This document shows positions 45,705 to 59,600 of a DNA stretch of 64,000 nucleotides, piece by piece. Location: NCBI GenBank assembly GCA_964188305.1, contig OZ076897.1; one strand, written 5' to 3'. Origin of the DNA: Podarcis bocagei. Lineage: Eukaryota. The translations under genes and the position numbers were made by a program. A model generated the notes under the pieces. That model was not told where the DNA came from. It saw only the letters and a program-made list of their open reading frames with translations, and did not search any database. Each line of letters starts with the position of its first letter. The first letter of the stretch is position 1.

Positions 45705-48283
45705 TACTTTTAAGAAGACAACTCACTCCTATGGAAAATATGGTGTGGGAGTTGTCATTTTGGGCTATGACTAGGGATCCCTGGATTCAAGACCCCAACC
45801 CCAACCATGAATAGGGAACAGAAGTAATGCTGTTTGTGACGGTGGGTTCTGTACTTCGTCTTCATTGGGCTGTTTTGAGGGTTTTCTACCCTTAGGGCAT
45901 TTCCCCTTAAATGTTGGGTGCTTTTGTTTGTTTGTTTTTGTAATTTTGTAATTTTGCAAATGGTAGAATTCTCCCAAGTCTGCTAATAGGACTTTTTTTT
46001 TCAGCCAGAGCTCACTGGAGGTCAGCTCTGGCCCCTCTCAGGTGGGCGCCATTGCCATTCTAAGAGAACAAGGGAGAGGTTCATGGTGAGATCTGGCACA
46101 TCTTTGTCTAGAAAAATAGCACTGCTAATAGTCCATGTCTCTTGTGCAAGCGAAATCCATATTACCTATAACAGTAATGTCTCACTCTGAATGTAACCGA
46201 CCTGTGTGAAGGACTCTGTTATTTGAAAACAGAGACACCATATGTACTTTTGTTACCTAAGAAATCCTTTAATTAAAACATATTTTTTTAAAAGAAATAA
46301 ATAGGGGAAATGGTTTGTTTGTCCATTTCCCTCTGTCCCTCCCTCTCATTGTCTCCTTCATGAAGTTGTTTTCAATGTTTAAATCAATCATTAGACTCCG
46401 TTTATTTCAGCAAAGGACTTAATTCTTCAGAGATATGTGCCTGGTCCCCAAAGGCTATGATACGAACATGACCTTTGGTACCTGTAAATGTTGTGCAAGA
46501 GAGCTGCTTTTCCTGACAGCTGTGGTGATAATCCCCTTTGTCTCTCTTAAGTGATAGCTGATAAGTCCGTGCAGAATTTGTTTGCTGTATTTCTGTCTCC
46601 ACAAGGTTAAATTACCCCAAAGGGGGGGAGGGAATGTGGAAAAATACAAGTTTCCCCCCCCCCAAAAAAAAGAATTTATTTTGGAAGGAAGTTGAGTCAT
46701 TGTTTCAATCAGGTTTAGCTAAAAGTGAGGGGAGGGAGGGAGGGAGGGAGAGAGAGAGAGAGAGAGGTTCACAGGCCCGCTTTTGAAAATAAAAGTCTTT
46801 TCAACAGAGAGGCTTGGAGCGAAATGTACCACAGAACGCAAAGTGACTTTTTTGCCATTTTCCCCTCACAGCAATGTGTTTACCGGAATAGCTGCTGCTA
46901 GAAGAAAACACATACATTTTTTTTAAAGGGAAGAACTGTAGGAATCAAATGTCCTTGACACACATGCACACATGATGTTTTAGGTGTGGTGGGAAATGCC
47001 TCTGCCGTGCACCAGCCAAAGGTATGTGCAGAGAAGGGTCACTTTAACTCCCTGCCTGAAGCAGCTGAGAATTAGTTCCCAAGGACTATTGTTGGGATTT
47101 TTTTAAAGGCGCAGATTCGTTCTGTTTTCTCAAGTGTGATAGTTTCGGAGTCCATGCCTGAAGACTTTTTCTAGGTCATACTTATTCTTGTTGGCGTTTT
47201 TTGGCATTCATGTTTGATGGCAAGACATTCCAAATGAGAATATTGTAGCAATAAATGCATCTCTACTCTGTGTTTGGAATCTGAGGCTCTGGCGAAGAAC
47301 GCAGGTTACAGATTAGTCTTGAAGTATGCACATTATCTGCCCTCTTCCAGTTAATAGTATACACTTCCAAGGTCCCCTCCTGGCTTAGAATGTGGAAGAA
47401 CCCCTTTGTTGCCTATTCGTATTTATGTATGTATACAGATGGGATATATATTCTCTTTTCCACCCTGTTCTGTTCTTCCACCTGAAGCCCTTTTCCATCC
47501 ATCCAGAATAGCATTAAATGACAGAGTCCACTGCACTGCACTTTATTGTATCTCTCTCTCACTCCACCCACCCCCGGCTAGTATAGAAGGACGGATGAAT
47601 GGGGTCATGCGCCAAGTCCCCTGCAGTTAACCATTATTTTTGGTGAATAAAGGATGGTTAAGGTTGAGTGGAATGTCAGCAAACCTTTCATCCCTCTTCC
47701 TTTCAGCTGTCTGTGTTCATACCCACAAGCCATACAAAGTTTCCTGGCTTGGTTTTCACATACGTGGCCAGCTGGCTCCTTCTGCATAATGCCTGCGAGT
47801 TTTCTTGGCAGGGCCAGGCACATTTTGGACTCCAGAGCTGCAGAGATTTCTACTTTGGTGCAAGTCACTTTAGGTCTGGCCTCTCTCCCCTTGTGTTTTA
47901 GAAGGCAATGCCTGTGACCACTCATACATCATTACAGCACAGACGTTTGATTTCCAAAATAGTGTTCCCTTCAGGCTGAAGGTGGAATTGGATAGGGCAA
48001 GGCCAGGCTGAGCCTGTCAGAATTAGGCCAGTCAGGTCTGGGTGGAGTCTACATACATGCATGTGTGTGTGTGTGTGTGTTAAACTGATTCTGAAGAATG
48101 CTGGTTTTCCAGTACTAGTCAGCTGCTAGAATGAAGTTTTATTTATAAAATAATGGTTGAGCATTTTAGATAAATAACACATTTCAGCTGTCTGTTTCTA
48201 TCAGTGCTGCCCCAGCATGGCATAAGAAGAATGCAATGTATCAAAGAACTGGTTGCAAAAGGGATGGCACATCCACAATGGGA

Positions 48284-48637
48284 GGTAAAGGTAAAGGGAC
48301 CCCTGACCATTAGGTCCAGTCGTGACCGACTCTGGGGTTGTGGCGCTCATCTCGCTTTATTGGCCGAGGGAGCCACCGTACAGCTTCCGGGTCATGTGGC
48401 CAGCATGACTAAGCCGCTTTTGGCTAAGCAGAGCAGCACACGGAAACACCATTTACCTTCCCACCAGAGCAGTACCTATTTATGTACTTGCACTATGACG
48501 TGCTTTCGAACTGCTAGGTGGGCAGGAGCAGGGACCGAGCAAAGGGAGCTCACCCCGTCACGGGGATTCAAACCACCGACCTTCCAATCAACAAGTCCTA
48601 GGCTCTGTGGTTTAACCCACAGCGCCACCCGTGTCTC
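48284..48637 (-). mobile_element. Sauria SINE (Squam1)
   Basis: Reverse-complement SINE with a (GGTAAA)n tail. Confidence 0.9.
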
Positions 48638-49601
48638 TGACACTGGGAGATACTGCGTTACAATTGTTGGGTATCTCTTGTACCCTTGATGTGTGTTAGT
48701 CTGTGCACTCCTTGTTCACCACATACAGGTGCTGAATTAGAGAGCTTGGCCGATGTGCAACATTTGCAATGCAAAAAGCACCTGGGCATTACCACCAGAA
48801 ATGGCGTTCGTGTGCTGGGGGAGCTGCGGGAGTCCTTAATTTGCGCCACTTCCAGGATGAGTAAATATCCCAGCTAAAATTGGATGCGATACCAAAAAAT
48901 ATGAAAAGTGGGAGAAGGAACTGTGGTTCTAGGAATAGCTAGCACTCCCACCAGAACTCTGTGCTTACCTGTCAGTATTCTGTCAAATCTTGGGAAAGCA
49001 AAAAGACTTTCCTGGTGTGACACAAATAGTATTCCTTCCTCTTCTTCCTTTAAGTCCCTCAAAAGTGATTCCTCCTGCAGTTTCACAAACATACAGCATT
49101 CATTTTTGCACAGTTGTATCTTTTCCTGTGAGAGTCAAACAAAATAATTTTGTAAAGGACAGTCTCTGAGAATGACAGGCAAGCACCACCAAGCAAGGCC
49201 TGGGGGGAGCCTCTTTTGTGGGGGACAGTGCAAACACTAGGTTTACGTCTGGCTTGGCAGCAGTTCAACAAACCAACAGGCACCACCAGCCCTCTGAAAC
49301 GACACCATTGCTCTGTAGGCAGGACCTGGAAGTTTTTTGTGTTTCTGCTTTCGCTAAATAGGAGACATGGGTGTCTCATCACCTGCAAATAGGTAAAATA
49401 AATGTAGTATGGGAAGGCATGAGAGAACTCCTCTGGACATGGTTTCTTTGTGGGAATATTCTACAAAATATAATTGACACAAAAGTGCATTGATAGTGGA
49501 TTTCTACTACTTAGACTGTCCACACATTCCACTTTATTAGTTTCGTGATGGTTCCTCAGTGGTATTGCATTATTGTCACCTGGACAGGCAACCTTACACT
49601 A

Positions 49602-49955
49602 TAAAGGTAAAGGTACCCCTGACTGTTAGGTCCAGTTGCAGGCGACTCTGGGGTTGCGCCACTCATCTCGCTCTATAGGCCAAGGGAGCCGGCATTTGTC
49701 CGCAGACAGCTTCTGGGTCATGTGGCCAGCATGACTAAGCTGCTTCTGGCGAACCAGAGCAGCACACGGAAACACTGTTTACCTTCCCGCCGGGGTGGTA
49801 CCTATTTATCTACTTGCACTTTGATGTGCTTTCGAACTGCTAGGTTGGCAGGAGCAGGGAGCGAGTGACGGGAGCTCACCCCGTCGCGGGATTCAAACTG
49901 CCAACCTTCCGATCAGCAAGCCCTAGGCTCTGTGGTTTAGACCACAGTGCCACCC
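49602..49955 (-). mobile_element. Sauria SINE (Squam1)
   Basis: Reverse-complement SINE with a (GGTAAA)n tail. Confidence 0.9.
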
Positions 49956-50088
49956 TATACAAGCACTATACTGCAACAAAAACAGGACCAGCCCCATGCC
50001 ACCCACCAATACAAACCTGGAACATCTGTGCTCTAAGACATTGCAGAATTTTAGCAGGAAATTAAGGTACACACAGTGACTGGAAACA

Positions 50089-50416
50089 CAGACCCTCCGA
50101 GTGTCCCTATTTTCCAGGGACGTTCCTGATTTAGAGAAGCCATCGCGGTTTTGGATTTGATCCCAGAATGCCCCACTTTACCTTAGGATGTCCCCATTTT
50201 CATTGGAGAAATGTTGGAGGATATTGAGCCATCTGAAGGCAATCCTGTATAGGGAAGTTTTTTTTAATGTTTAGTGTTTCGTAATGTTTTTATATATGTT
50301 GGAAGCTGCTCAGAGTGGCTGGGGCAAGCCAGTAAGATGTGTGGGGTATAAATAGTAAAATTATCGTTCTGGAATGGGACATCCCTATTTTCATTGGAGC
50401 AGTGTCAGAGGGTATG
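50089..50416 (+). mobile_element. hAT-like MITE carrying an L2 3' end (complete copy)
   Basis: TIRs CAGACCCTC / GAGGGTATG, repeated subterminal TCCC(T/C)ATTTTC motifs, and an embedded L2 tail at ~50230-50365. Confidence 0.75.
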
Positions 50417-51560
50417 GAAACGAAGCAGTGTGTCTGCCCCAAAACTTTTGCAGATGCAAACAGCGTTGAAAGCAGAACTGCATATCACCTCCTTGATTCC
50501 ATCACCAGCACATATCATCGTGAATGCACAATAAAAAAAGACAGATGGAGGGCCCTTTAAGTGTTCCACATCAAGTGGTATTTTCGTTTCCTGTTCTAGA
50601 AGAACCAAATGAATCCCTATACAAACCGAGAGGGTGCTCCAGAACCTCCTACTATAAAATGAAGAAATTGGGGGTAGAGCTATAGTGTCTGTGGGAACAG
50701 GCACAGCGACTTCCCTTTGAGCTGTCCTATTCTGTCCCGCAGTCTGTCTGCATGGACAGCCTGCCCTGCCCACACGGGACCGTCTCATCTTCAGGGAATA
50801 CAAATTCAGGGGCAACAGGTATGCCGCATAGCTTCCAAGGACCACGAAAAGGAAAACCTTTTTGGTTTCTTAAAAAAAACTTGTGTGCCATTGTTTTAAA
50901 CTAAAGCTACTTGAAACAGAATGAGATGTGATGTGTGTGTGTGATTTTCCTGTTGCTGGTTTTACACATCACGTGCTGCCTCTCCCGAACTTCCTTGCTT
51001 GGGGGGCAGGTTTGGTCTAGCAGCAGTTCTTTGTGGGGATCCGGGAGTGGCACAGCCACACCAGAGACTGTCAGTTTTAGGCACTCAGAAGAATCCCATG
51101 GATTCGGCACATCTGCTGCTCCTCCGAAGCCTCTGCATGGAAGCACCCTGAGGAGGATCTCAAGATGTCAAAAAGCACTTTCCTGCATCTGAAGGTTGCT
51201 TCAGGCCTCTCAGAGAAGTTCACCGTTATACTTCCAGGAGAGGAAAGTCAGAAGCGGGGTGGGTAAGGGGGCAGGGAATAGTTTTGTATTTTGATTGCTT
51301 TGCTTTTCCTTTGATTGTCTGCTTATTATTCACATGTTGGGCAATTTTAGAATGTCCATTAGAGAATGTAAGCAATATGTTAATCAGCCAGTGTACAACA
51401 CACAGGAAAGGAGCCGCTAACAAAACTGATTTTTAGCTGAAGTAGACAGTGCTGCATATGATTTAATTGGGGGAGGTAGGAGGTTATGTTGGACAATACT
51501 TTGTGGGGGGTTTCAGTTACTGAATACATAAGATTAGCTACAAGTTAAGAAAATGTACTA

Positions 51561-51802
51561 CAGTGGTACCTTGGGTTAAATACTTAATTCATTCCGGAGG
51601 TCCGTTCTTAACCTGAAACTGTTCTTAACCCGAAGCACCACTTCAGCTAATGGGGCCTCCTGCTGCCGCCGCGCCGCCGGAGCACGATTTCTGTTCTCAT
51701 CCTGAAGCAAAGTTCTAAACATGAGGTAGTATTTCTGGGTTAGCGGAGTCTGTAACCTGAAGCGTCTGTAACCTGAAGCGTCTGTAACCCGAGGTACCAC
51801 TG
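51561..51802 (+). mobile_element. Tigger/pogo-like MITE, family A (242 bp)
   Basis: Same TIRs, TA TSD and length as the other copies. Confidence 0.92.
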
Positions 51803-52884
51803 TAAATGTATTAAGTAGTCAAAGGGAAGCACCTTCAAGTTTCAACTATTTCTGCAGGGGACGTAAAAATGACTTTCTTCAGTTGAGATCAACAGGATTT
51901 AAGCAAACTTCACTTCTAGCTGCCTATCGCCACTTTCTGAAACTGGCATGGGCAGCCTGATCCTATCGGTTGCCACACTGGGACAATGACTCATAGGATC
52001 AGAAACCAGGAGAGTCCTTGTGTTTCTGCTGTGGCTGAATCCGAGTCTGAGTCCTGGTGCAGCAGAAGCCACCATTATCACCGTGGTGACATTGCTGTTC
52101 CCCATTACCCGTGTAGGCGACTGGCAAGACTTGACAAGAAGCTTTGATGGGACAGGGGACAAGAGAGCAAACACCATTTCTGGAGCCATGTGTGATGTTC
52201 TGTAGACTTCCTTTGGTGGGCGCAGCTGTGCTGAGGGCTAAAACAGTTGTGATGATAGCCACACAATTAGCAACTGCATTTCCCCCCAGCCGCAAAGTAA
52301 ATAGCTGCAGGATGGGAGCTGGTGTCCCAATCCATCAAGGAGAAAATCCCCTTCTTCTTTCCCTTGGGCCTGGTCTGGATTGCCTCCGTAACTGCTATTG
52401 ACTCAAAACAACAATGACAAGGAGGCAGTCCTAACCCTAATCCTAGCTTCTGCCACACACAGAGACACACAGGCACACACTACTGCCAGTAAAGGGTGTT
52501 CCAGGGTGGGGCAGAAGGGAGCTGGTCATGCAGACTCTTGGAGATGAGCCCAGTTTGGGCCCCTGTGCTATGATAGCTTGGAGCTGGCGCAGCAAGAAAA
52601 TGCTGAAAATCCACCTCCTGGCTTGTTTGACGTGGTAGTCTGTACCGCCTGGCATTAGCTCTCCAAGGTTTGGGCCACTGTTGTCCAACCCTAACTGAAG
52701 ACACTGCAGAGTCAACCTGGAACATCTCGCCTGCAAAGTGTGCCCTTCACTACGGAGCTGCAGCCCTGCCAAGATGGCTTGGACTTCCAGAGACACAGCT
52801 TGAGTGGATTTTTAGTCACCTAGGGAGGCTTTTAAAAAAAAGTTTACAGATGCATCCAGTGAGTTCCCTGTGAACAAATTCACA

Positions 52885-52887
<3 letters not shown>

Positions 52888-52941
<54 letters not shown>

Positions 52942-53287
52942 TAATAATTTATTATGTGTACCTCGCCCATCTGGCTGGGCTTCCCCAGCCACTCTGGGCG
53001 GCTTCCAACAAAGATTAACAATACATCAAAATGTCACACATTAAAAACTTCCCTGAACAGGGCTGCCTTCAGATGTCTTCTAAATGTCAGGTAGTTGTTT
53101 ATCTCTTTGACATCTGATGGGAGGGCTTTCCACAGGGCGGGCGCCACTACCGAAAAGGCCCTCTGCCTGGTTCCCTGTAGCTTTGCTTCTTGCAGTGAGG
53201 GAACCGCCAGAAGGCCCTCAGCGCTGGACCTCAATGTCCGGGCAGAACGATGGGGGTGGAGATGCTCCTTCAGATATACTGGGCCGA
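52888..53287 (-). mobile_element. L2 LINE 3' end with (AAT)n tail
   Basis: Reverse complement of the family at 40101-40487. Confidence 0.88.
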
Positions 53288-53831
53288 GAGAGCTTGATTC
53301 ACTTCACCAAGCAAGCTGTTCAGCTCTCCTCCAGAAGACAAGAGGAAGTATCTTATACTGATTCAGACCACTCACAGTTCATTGTGCTTGCTGTGGTCTG
53401 CACAGACTGGCAGCAGCTTCCCATGGTTTCAGCTGGGAGTCCCCCCCCCCCCCGCGTTGCCTTTTATTACCTTCATGTCTCATCTTTCCACCAATGGAGC
53501 TCACATGCCATCCATGGTTCTTCCCTCCCCTCTTTTGTCCTCACAACAACCCTGTGAGGTAGGTTAGGCTGAGGGAGAATACTGGGCCCAAGGTCAACCT
53601 GTGAGTTTCATGACTGAGTGGGGATCATAGCCCAGGTCTCCCAAGTCCAGCACTCAAAGCACTGTCTCACACTAGCTCTCCTTGCAGAGTTTTCAGGATT
53701 GAATCCAGTACCTTTTGCATCAACAGCATGTGTTTTATTACTGAGCAACAGCCCTTGTGGTATTTGCAAGACTGGAAATGATCCACAGAGACAGAAGGAA
53801 CAAAACTCAGCAGTGTGCTCCTACAAAACTA

Positions 53832-54072
53832 CAGTGGTACCTCAGTTTACAAACTTAATCCATTCTGGAAGTCCGTTCTTAAACCGAAACGGTTCTTAAA
53901 CTGAGGCGCGCTTTCCCTTAATGAGGCCTCCTGCCGCCGGTGCCCTTCCACCATTCAGATTCCGTTCGTAGACCGAGGAAGAGTTCGCAAACTGGACACT
54001 ACTTCCAGTTTTGCAAAGTTCGTAAACTGAATCATTCGTAAACAGGACTGTTCTTAAAGCAAGGTACCACTG
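53832..54072 (+). mobile_element. Tigger/pogo-like MITE related to family A (241 bp, different interior)
   Basis: Termini CAGTGGTACCTC / AAGGTACCACTG with a TA TSD. Confidence 0.82.
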
Positions 54073-54584
54073 TAGATACAAAGCTGGCATCTAGGAGAAT
54101 CACCACAGAATGGGAAGACGTGGCTACAGTATTGGGAAGGAAGGCATGCTGAGGAAGGCTTTCCCTGGAGAAAAGTCAGAACAGCCAAGGAGAAGGAACC
54201 TGCAGGACCAAGACAGTATAAACAGCAGGCCAGAGGCGACTGATAATGACAATTGAGCAGATGTTTGGCAGACCCAGGGTAGCAATAGGTGGCTCTAACG
54301 GAGGCAGACCATTGCATGGCTACAGCCCTCTGCACATTCACATGAGACTAAGCGACATGTAACGCAGGGGCCAAGCAGGCTTGGATGAAGCTCTGTTATC
54401 AGCTGCCCACATCCTTTTCTTCTAAAAGTACACAAAAACCACACACAGCCGTATTAACAAGCATCATCCAAGTAATCAGTAAAAGGAAGGGGGGAAATCC
54501 ACTGAACATGGAGTTTTATTTTGAATAAAGATGCTTTGGGTTGGGCCATAGGTTAACATTTTTCAGGCAACAGTTCTTAACCAA

Positions 54585-54659
<75 letters not shown>

Positions 54660-54762
54660 TTGTTATTTATACCCTGCCCATCTGGCTGGGTTTCCCCAGT
54701 CATTCTGGGTGGCTTCCAAGAAAGTATTAAAATACAGTGGTCTGTTAAACATTAAAAGCTTC
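54585..54762 (-). mobile_element. L2 3' end with a long (AAT)n microsatellite
   Basis: About 25 AAT units followed by the reverse L2 tail (ATACCCTGCCCATCTGGCTGGGTTTCCCCAG). Confidence 0.8.
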
Positions 54763-55899
54763 ACTGATATTTTTCAGCGTCATAGATTTTCCAAGTGGCA
54801 CAGGGTATGAGGCTGCTAGTAGGTTATGAAAGATCAGACATTGCTTTACAAAGTGTAGTACGAGTCTACCTCTATGTTTTATTTGTGCAGGGGTTTGGCA
54901 GCAGCACCCAAGGCAAAAGATTCAATCCTTTCTGTTTTCTAATTCTACCGGATAGCAACAAATCCATTGTATGCTGAGAATCATCAGCTCCTTGCTGATA
55001 ATTAAATGATCCAGTTGTTGCTTTCTAATTTCTGTGGCTTGTAGTAACCAGTGTTACTCCCATTGAAATTAATGGACATGACTAACGTAGCTTAATGAAT
55101 TCAGTGGGTCTACTCTAAGTATAACGGAGCTGGACACAACCTTGTGTTTGTATCTCGCAGTTTATCAAGTAGGACACTAGAGCATCAGTCAACTCTTCCC
55201 TCCATAGTCTGACTCTCATAGGTTCCCACCCATCCTCCGACTCCCAAATCGGACATCTCACTATTGCAGAGGTAAAAACAGGTTTTGTACAGGTAAAAAC
55301 AAAGGCAGATTGTTGCTCTGTTAACTTGATTGTTTTTATCATGGACATCATTTTACATGAAAATTGTTTTACATGAAAGAATACAATATTCAATAGAACA
55401 TAGCATACGGCGGTTGTTGTTGTTGCTGCTGTGCTATTTGAATGAGCCTAGAATTACACACTGGATATTCTGTCGCTCTTTCTTGGTGCAATGAGTGCAC
55501 ATTCAGGAATGGACCATGGAAAAAAAATTGTTTTAGGGCTGGCGTTGGTGGTGGTCTCACATGAAGTGGAACGCAACTGTTGCTTATGCAGCCAGCTCTG
55601 GAGTAACAGAGCCTGCCTTTCTTCACTATCGAGGAAGGCTTTTAATTCCAGATGTTAGAATGTCAGTGTTTGTTACTGTAAATGAAGTTACGCTGATTAG
55701 TTACAGCACAAAAGCTAAAGTACCTTCCTCTGCTCGGATCACGACTCTTAATAACGATGATGGGGGGGAGGGGCTTTCTCCATGAATTTGCCTCTCTTAT
55801 ACAGTATACATCTCTACACAAGTGACCACAGTTTTCCATTGGGAAAACTCCTACTTTTTTAAAAAAAATAAAAATACGGTAAATAAATCTGAGTGAACA

Positions 55900-56631
55900 A
55901 TGTTTGCACGCTAAAACAGGGGGCAGGATTTGTGTTTCCATGCGAATGAATGTTTCTTGCTCAACGTCACATTTTCGTAATAAGCTTGTGTTTTTTTAAA
56001 GCATAACTTTCTTTGAAATTTTCCTGTTGGTGAATAAAGTCTCTCTCTCTCTCTCTCTTTTTTAATTAAGCAAGCCCAGGTGGTAGATCCACACAGCAAA
56101 CACATTTTTCCAACCTTTATTATGCCTCGTTAGAATTCTCTCCTTTAAAAGGATTTCTAATTATATTGTCTAATAAAACTAAACCTTGGAGATCATTTGC
56201 ATATTATATGAAGAAATCTCATACAACAAACTCACAGTGGATTCAATTAACATAATAGCTAATTATATATCCCATCAGCCTTTTGAGTAGTTCGGCATTC
56301 ATGTTTCTCCTCTTCTAGCCTAGAGCAAAGGGGAAGGGGGAACGGGGCTTTTGGAGTTTTCACTTTTAAATATTGACTCTTAATAAATATCGGAAATGAT
56401 TGGAATACTTTTGTCAATTATAAAGCTTGTGATTAAATGACATGAAACACTTTTTAAAAACACTTGTTTCCAAATTCCTGGAATCCCACCCCTCCACACA
56501 GTTAAGTCACTAACTTCTGAACGCTTGTTAGAAGTGAACTTACTCATATACATGGGTGGTTGAACATACGTAAACATGCTTGCATAATTCATACATACTG
56601 CAACACTGACGGAGGAAGAGGAAGGCGGGAG

Positions 56632-56670
<39 letters not shown>

Positions 56671-59600
56671 GCTTTCACATGGAAAATACTTGATTGGCAC
56701 TCTGGATTTTGGAAGATGTCCATCTGCAGCCGTTACATTTTTATTTTTCTTATCCCATGCCCACAACCCAATTGCATTCTTGGCTGGTTATGGTCTCTAT
56801 CAAGGCACAAATTTACAACGAGATTAGCAGAGACATAGTAATGAACTGGCTCATGAGCTTCCTTGTAATTGACTGTTATGAAGGTGTCATCTCTGCAGCC
56901 TGTAATGAATTCTCCATCGTGGGGCTTAAAATTGGCTAAAATATTCTGGAACTGATTTGCCTCTCTATGTGCACATGACCATGTGTGTTGTAGCAGATAT
57001 TAACTTTCTCTCTCTCTCACTCACTCACTCGCTTTCAGCATTTTGAAATATTGGAAAGATCAGCTTACTCCCCCCCCCCCCATGTCAGACATGCTTTGAA
57101 TGATCAGCAGCACTGTGGGATTTTTTTAAAATAAAAAAAAAACTGGGAAAAGCTTAGAGAAGTCCATGCAGTGCTAAAATTTGCACAAACAACAAAAACC
57201 AACGGGGGTTAGAGGGATTTTGGTGGGGGGATATACCATCTTGTTGTTTTGCAAAAAATAAATAAATGATAAGCTAAAAGTTTGATACAAAGTAAGATGC
57301 CTTTCTCTTGTTACAATGATGGCTGCCTTGTTATTCATATTTTAATGAGCTTACTATCTCTGCGACAGCTTTTTCGGGATGGAGTGAGGCCCACATCTCC
57401 GGTGTGACTACAATGGGAGTTGCTTTATTGACAAGTACCATTCAAAATCTTCAGAGTCTCCAAAGAAAGGCTTTCATTTTCTGCCACATGCCTAAATGCT
57501 TCCCCCCTTTTTATTATTGAGGCAATTTTAAAGCATCCTTAACTTTGGGGGGGGGAAGGATGTTGCACTAGTAGTGGTCGTGGCTGGGATATATTTGTAG
57601 AGAAAGTATATACCTCAGGGAAAGACATTTAGTTTAAATGCAAATTGCTGTTGCTTACTAATCAAACCAGTTTAGCTAAAGAACTGGCAAAAATTGTACC
57701 TATTTCATTTGTGGGATTTATGCTCTGTGTGTGTGTGTGTGTGTTGTATATTTCTATATAATAATAGCACCCACATCTGTGTGGAAGGGTGATTCAATCT
57801 CCCAACAGTTCTTGGGGGGGGGGGGGTAAGGAAACTAGTCTCACACTGAGTGAACTCTGTTCATTTCAGGTGGGGAGGGGAAAGTGGTTTGAGAAAAGGA
57901 AATGTTTGTAGTAACTGTGATCAGCCACTGTGCCAATCCTAATTGTTATCATTATTACTTTGCTAAATATAAAAAGAGGATATTGAAATGCACATGAAAT
58001 CCATAAGAGTCCTTCATTGGTTTCGGTTTGAAATCTCACACAGCATCCGATAGGCTTGATCTGAATCAAACTCTACATAAGTTGTATGCTGCAAGTACAA
58101 GATAAATACTTATGTCTCTGAGCCAGTCTCACTGTGTATGGCAACATCTGCACACTCAGACAACGGGGGTAACCGGGCTGTTTGTTTGTTTGTTTCGTCT
58201 GTTATCATATTTATCATAAACTTGGTTTTAAAAATGTTATGTCATAAGAAGTGCATTCCAATGTCATAGGGCACAGATCAGCACATGGCTAAGCGTGCTT
58301 AACTGTCACTGGTGTCAATGGGACAGAAATATGCTTATGCTCCCATTGAGTTGTTGACTTTCATATTTTCTGAAGTTCTCATTTGTATGTCTCCAGTCCG
58401 AATCCCCTCGCAGTCCATTGTGGCATTTGCTGCTTATCTGAGATGTGGTTTTGGTACTTCATTGGGTTGGATTTAACCAACTCAGGAATAGAGGAATATG
58501 TTCTGAAATAACTTTTCCCCCCGCTCCAAGCTTCACAAAATACCCATCCTGCTGCTACGAAAATGCTACAGATCATTTTTCAATCAGTCTGCTGAGATAG
58601 AACTTGTGCATAATTCTTCCTGTCATATTTAATTGTCCTGCATTTTTATTTAGGCTTGAAAACTAACTATGCCCCATAGTTAGTTTCATATCCTACGTCC
58701 TATTTTGAATGATGCCCTTTGCTCATAATCCAACACAGAGTTAAACAAGCACTGAAAGCAATGACCTGGAGCACTCTTAACCCTATATGAGACTGTAGCC
58801 ATGGCTATATATGATGGTATAGTTGAGTCAGAGATAATAAAAACTTCCTGAACTTTAACACTCATTATTGTCAATGCATCATGTGCTACTTTGGGTCAAA
58901 TCCTTAGGCTCTGTAATAAGTTTTAGGCAAAGTTGTGTCTTGGAAAATGAAGACATTGCAGATTTCGAAAAGATGTGAAAGTAGCAGAAGAAAAGCAGAC
59001 AAGCAACTCCTTGTTTTATTATATCCATCTTGATTCTAAACATAATAAAGGAAGCTCCATTGAAATAAATAAAAATTACTTCCAAATAATGTCAGCGCAT
59101 TTGACTTTGTAACCCCCAAGCCATAAGCGGGTGGGGGGGGGGGAGCAGTGTTGCTGAATTGCATATTCCACTTAATCTTTTGCGAACCATGCTGCTTGGT
59201 CACTGTTTATGTGCAAGTGTTTGTTTGTGTGTGAGAGAGGGAATGAGAGAGGAAGAGAGAGGGGAAGTATAATTCCATGTGTGTACAGAACCATGTTTGG
59301 GATAATCTGCTTAATTTACGAATTGGCCTTCAATATGGCGCTTGAATATTTGCATCCAACATTTGCAGGGGGATAAAACCCACATCAGTTACCTTTTTGT
59401 TGCTCCCAGTTTCCATAAAAAAAAGTTTAGATTCCAAATGCAAAAAGGGGCTGAGGCTGAAGGAGAACGTCTCATAAAAGGGCCCAGTTTAAGAAGCACA
59501 AGAGGAGGGGAGCGGATGGGGAGGGGGAGGAGGAACCCTAAGCTTTAATTTTAATTCTTCTGCCTTTATTTATCTGATTTGTAGCCAGATGGTGGTGAAG

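Noticed and set aside
22497-54660. Poly-Leu, poly-Asn and poly-Ile ORFs
   Set aside because: They are translations of (TAT)n/(AAT)n tails of L2-type elements.
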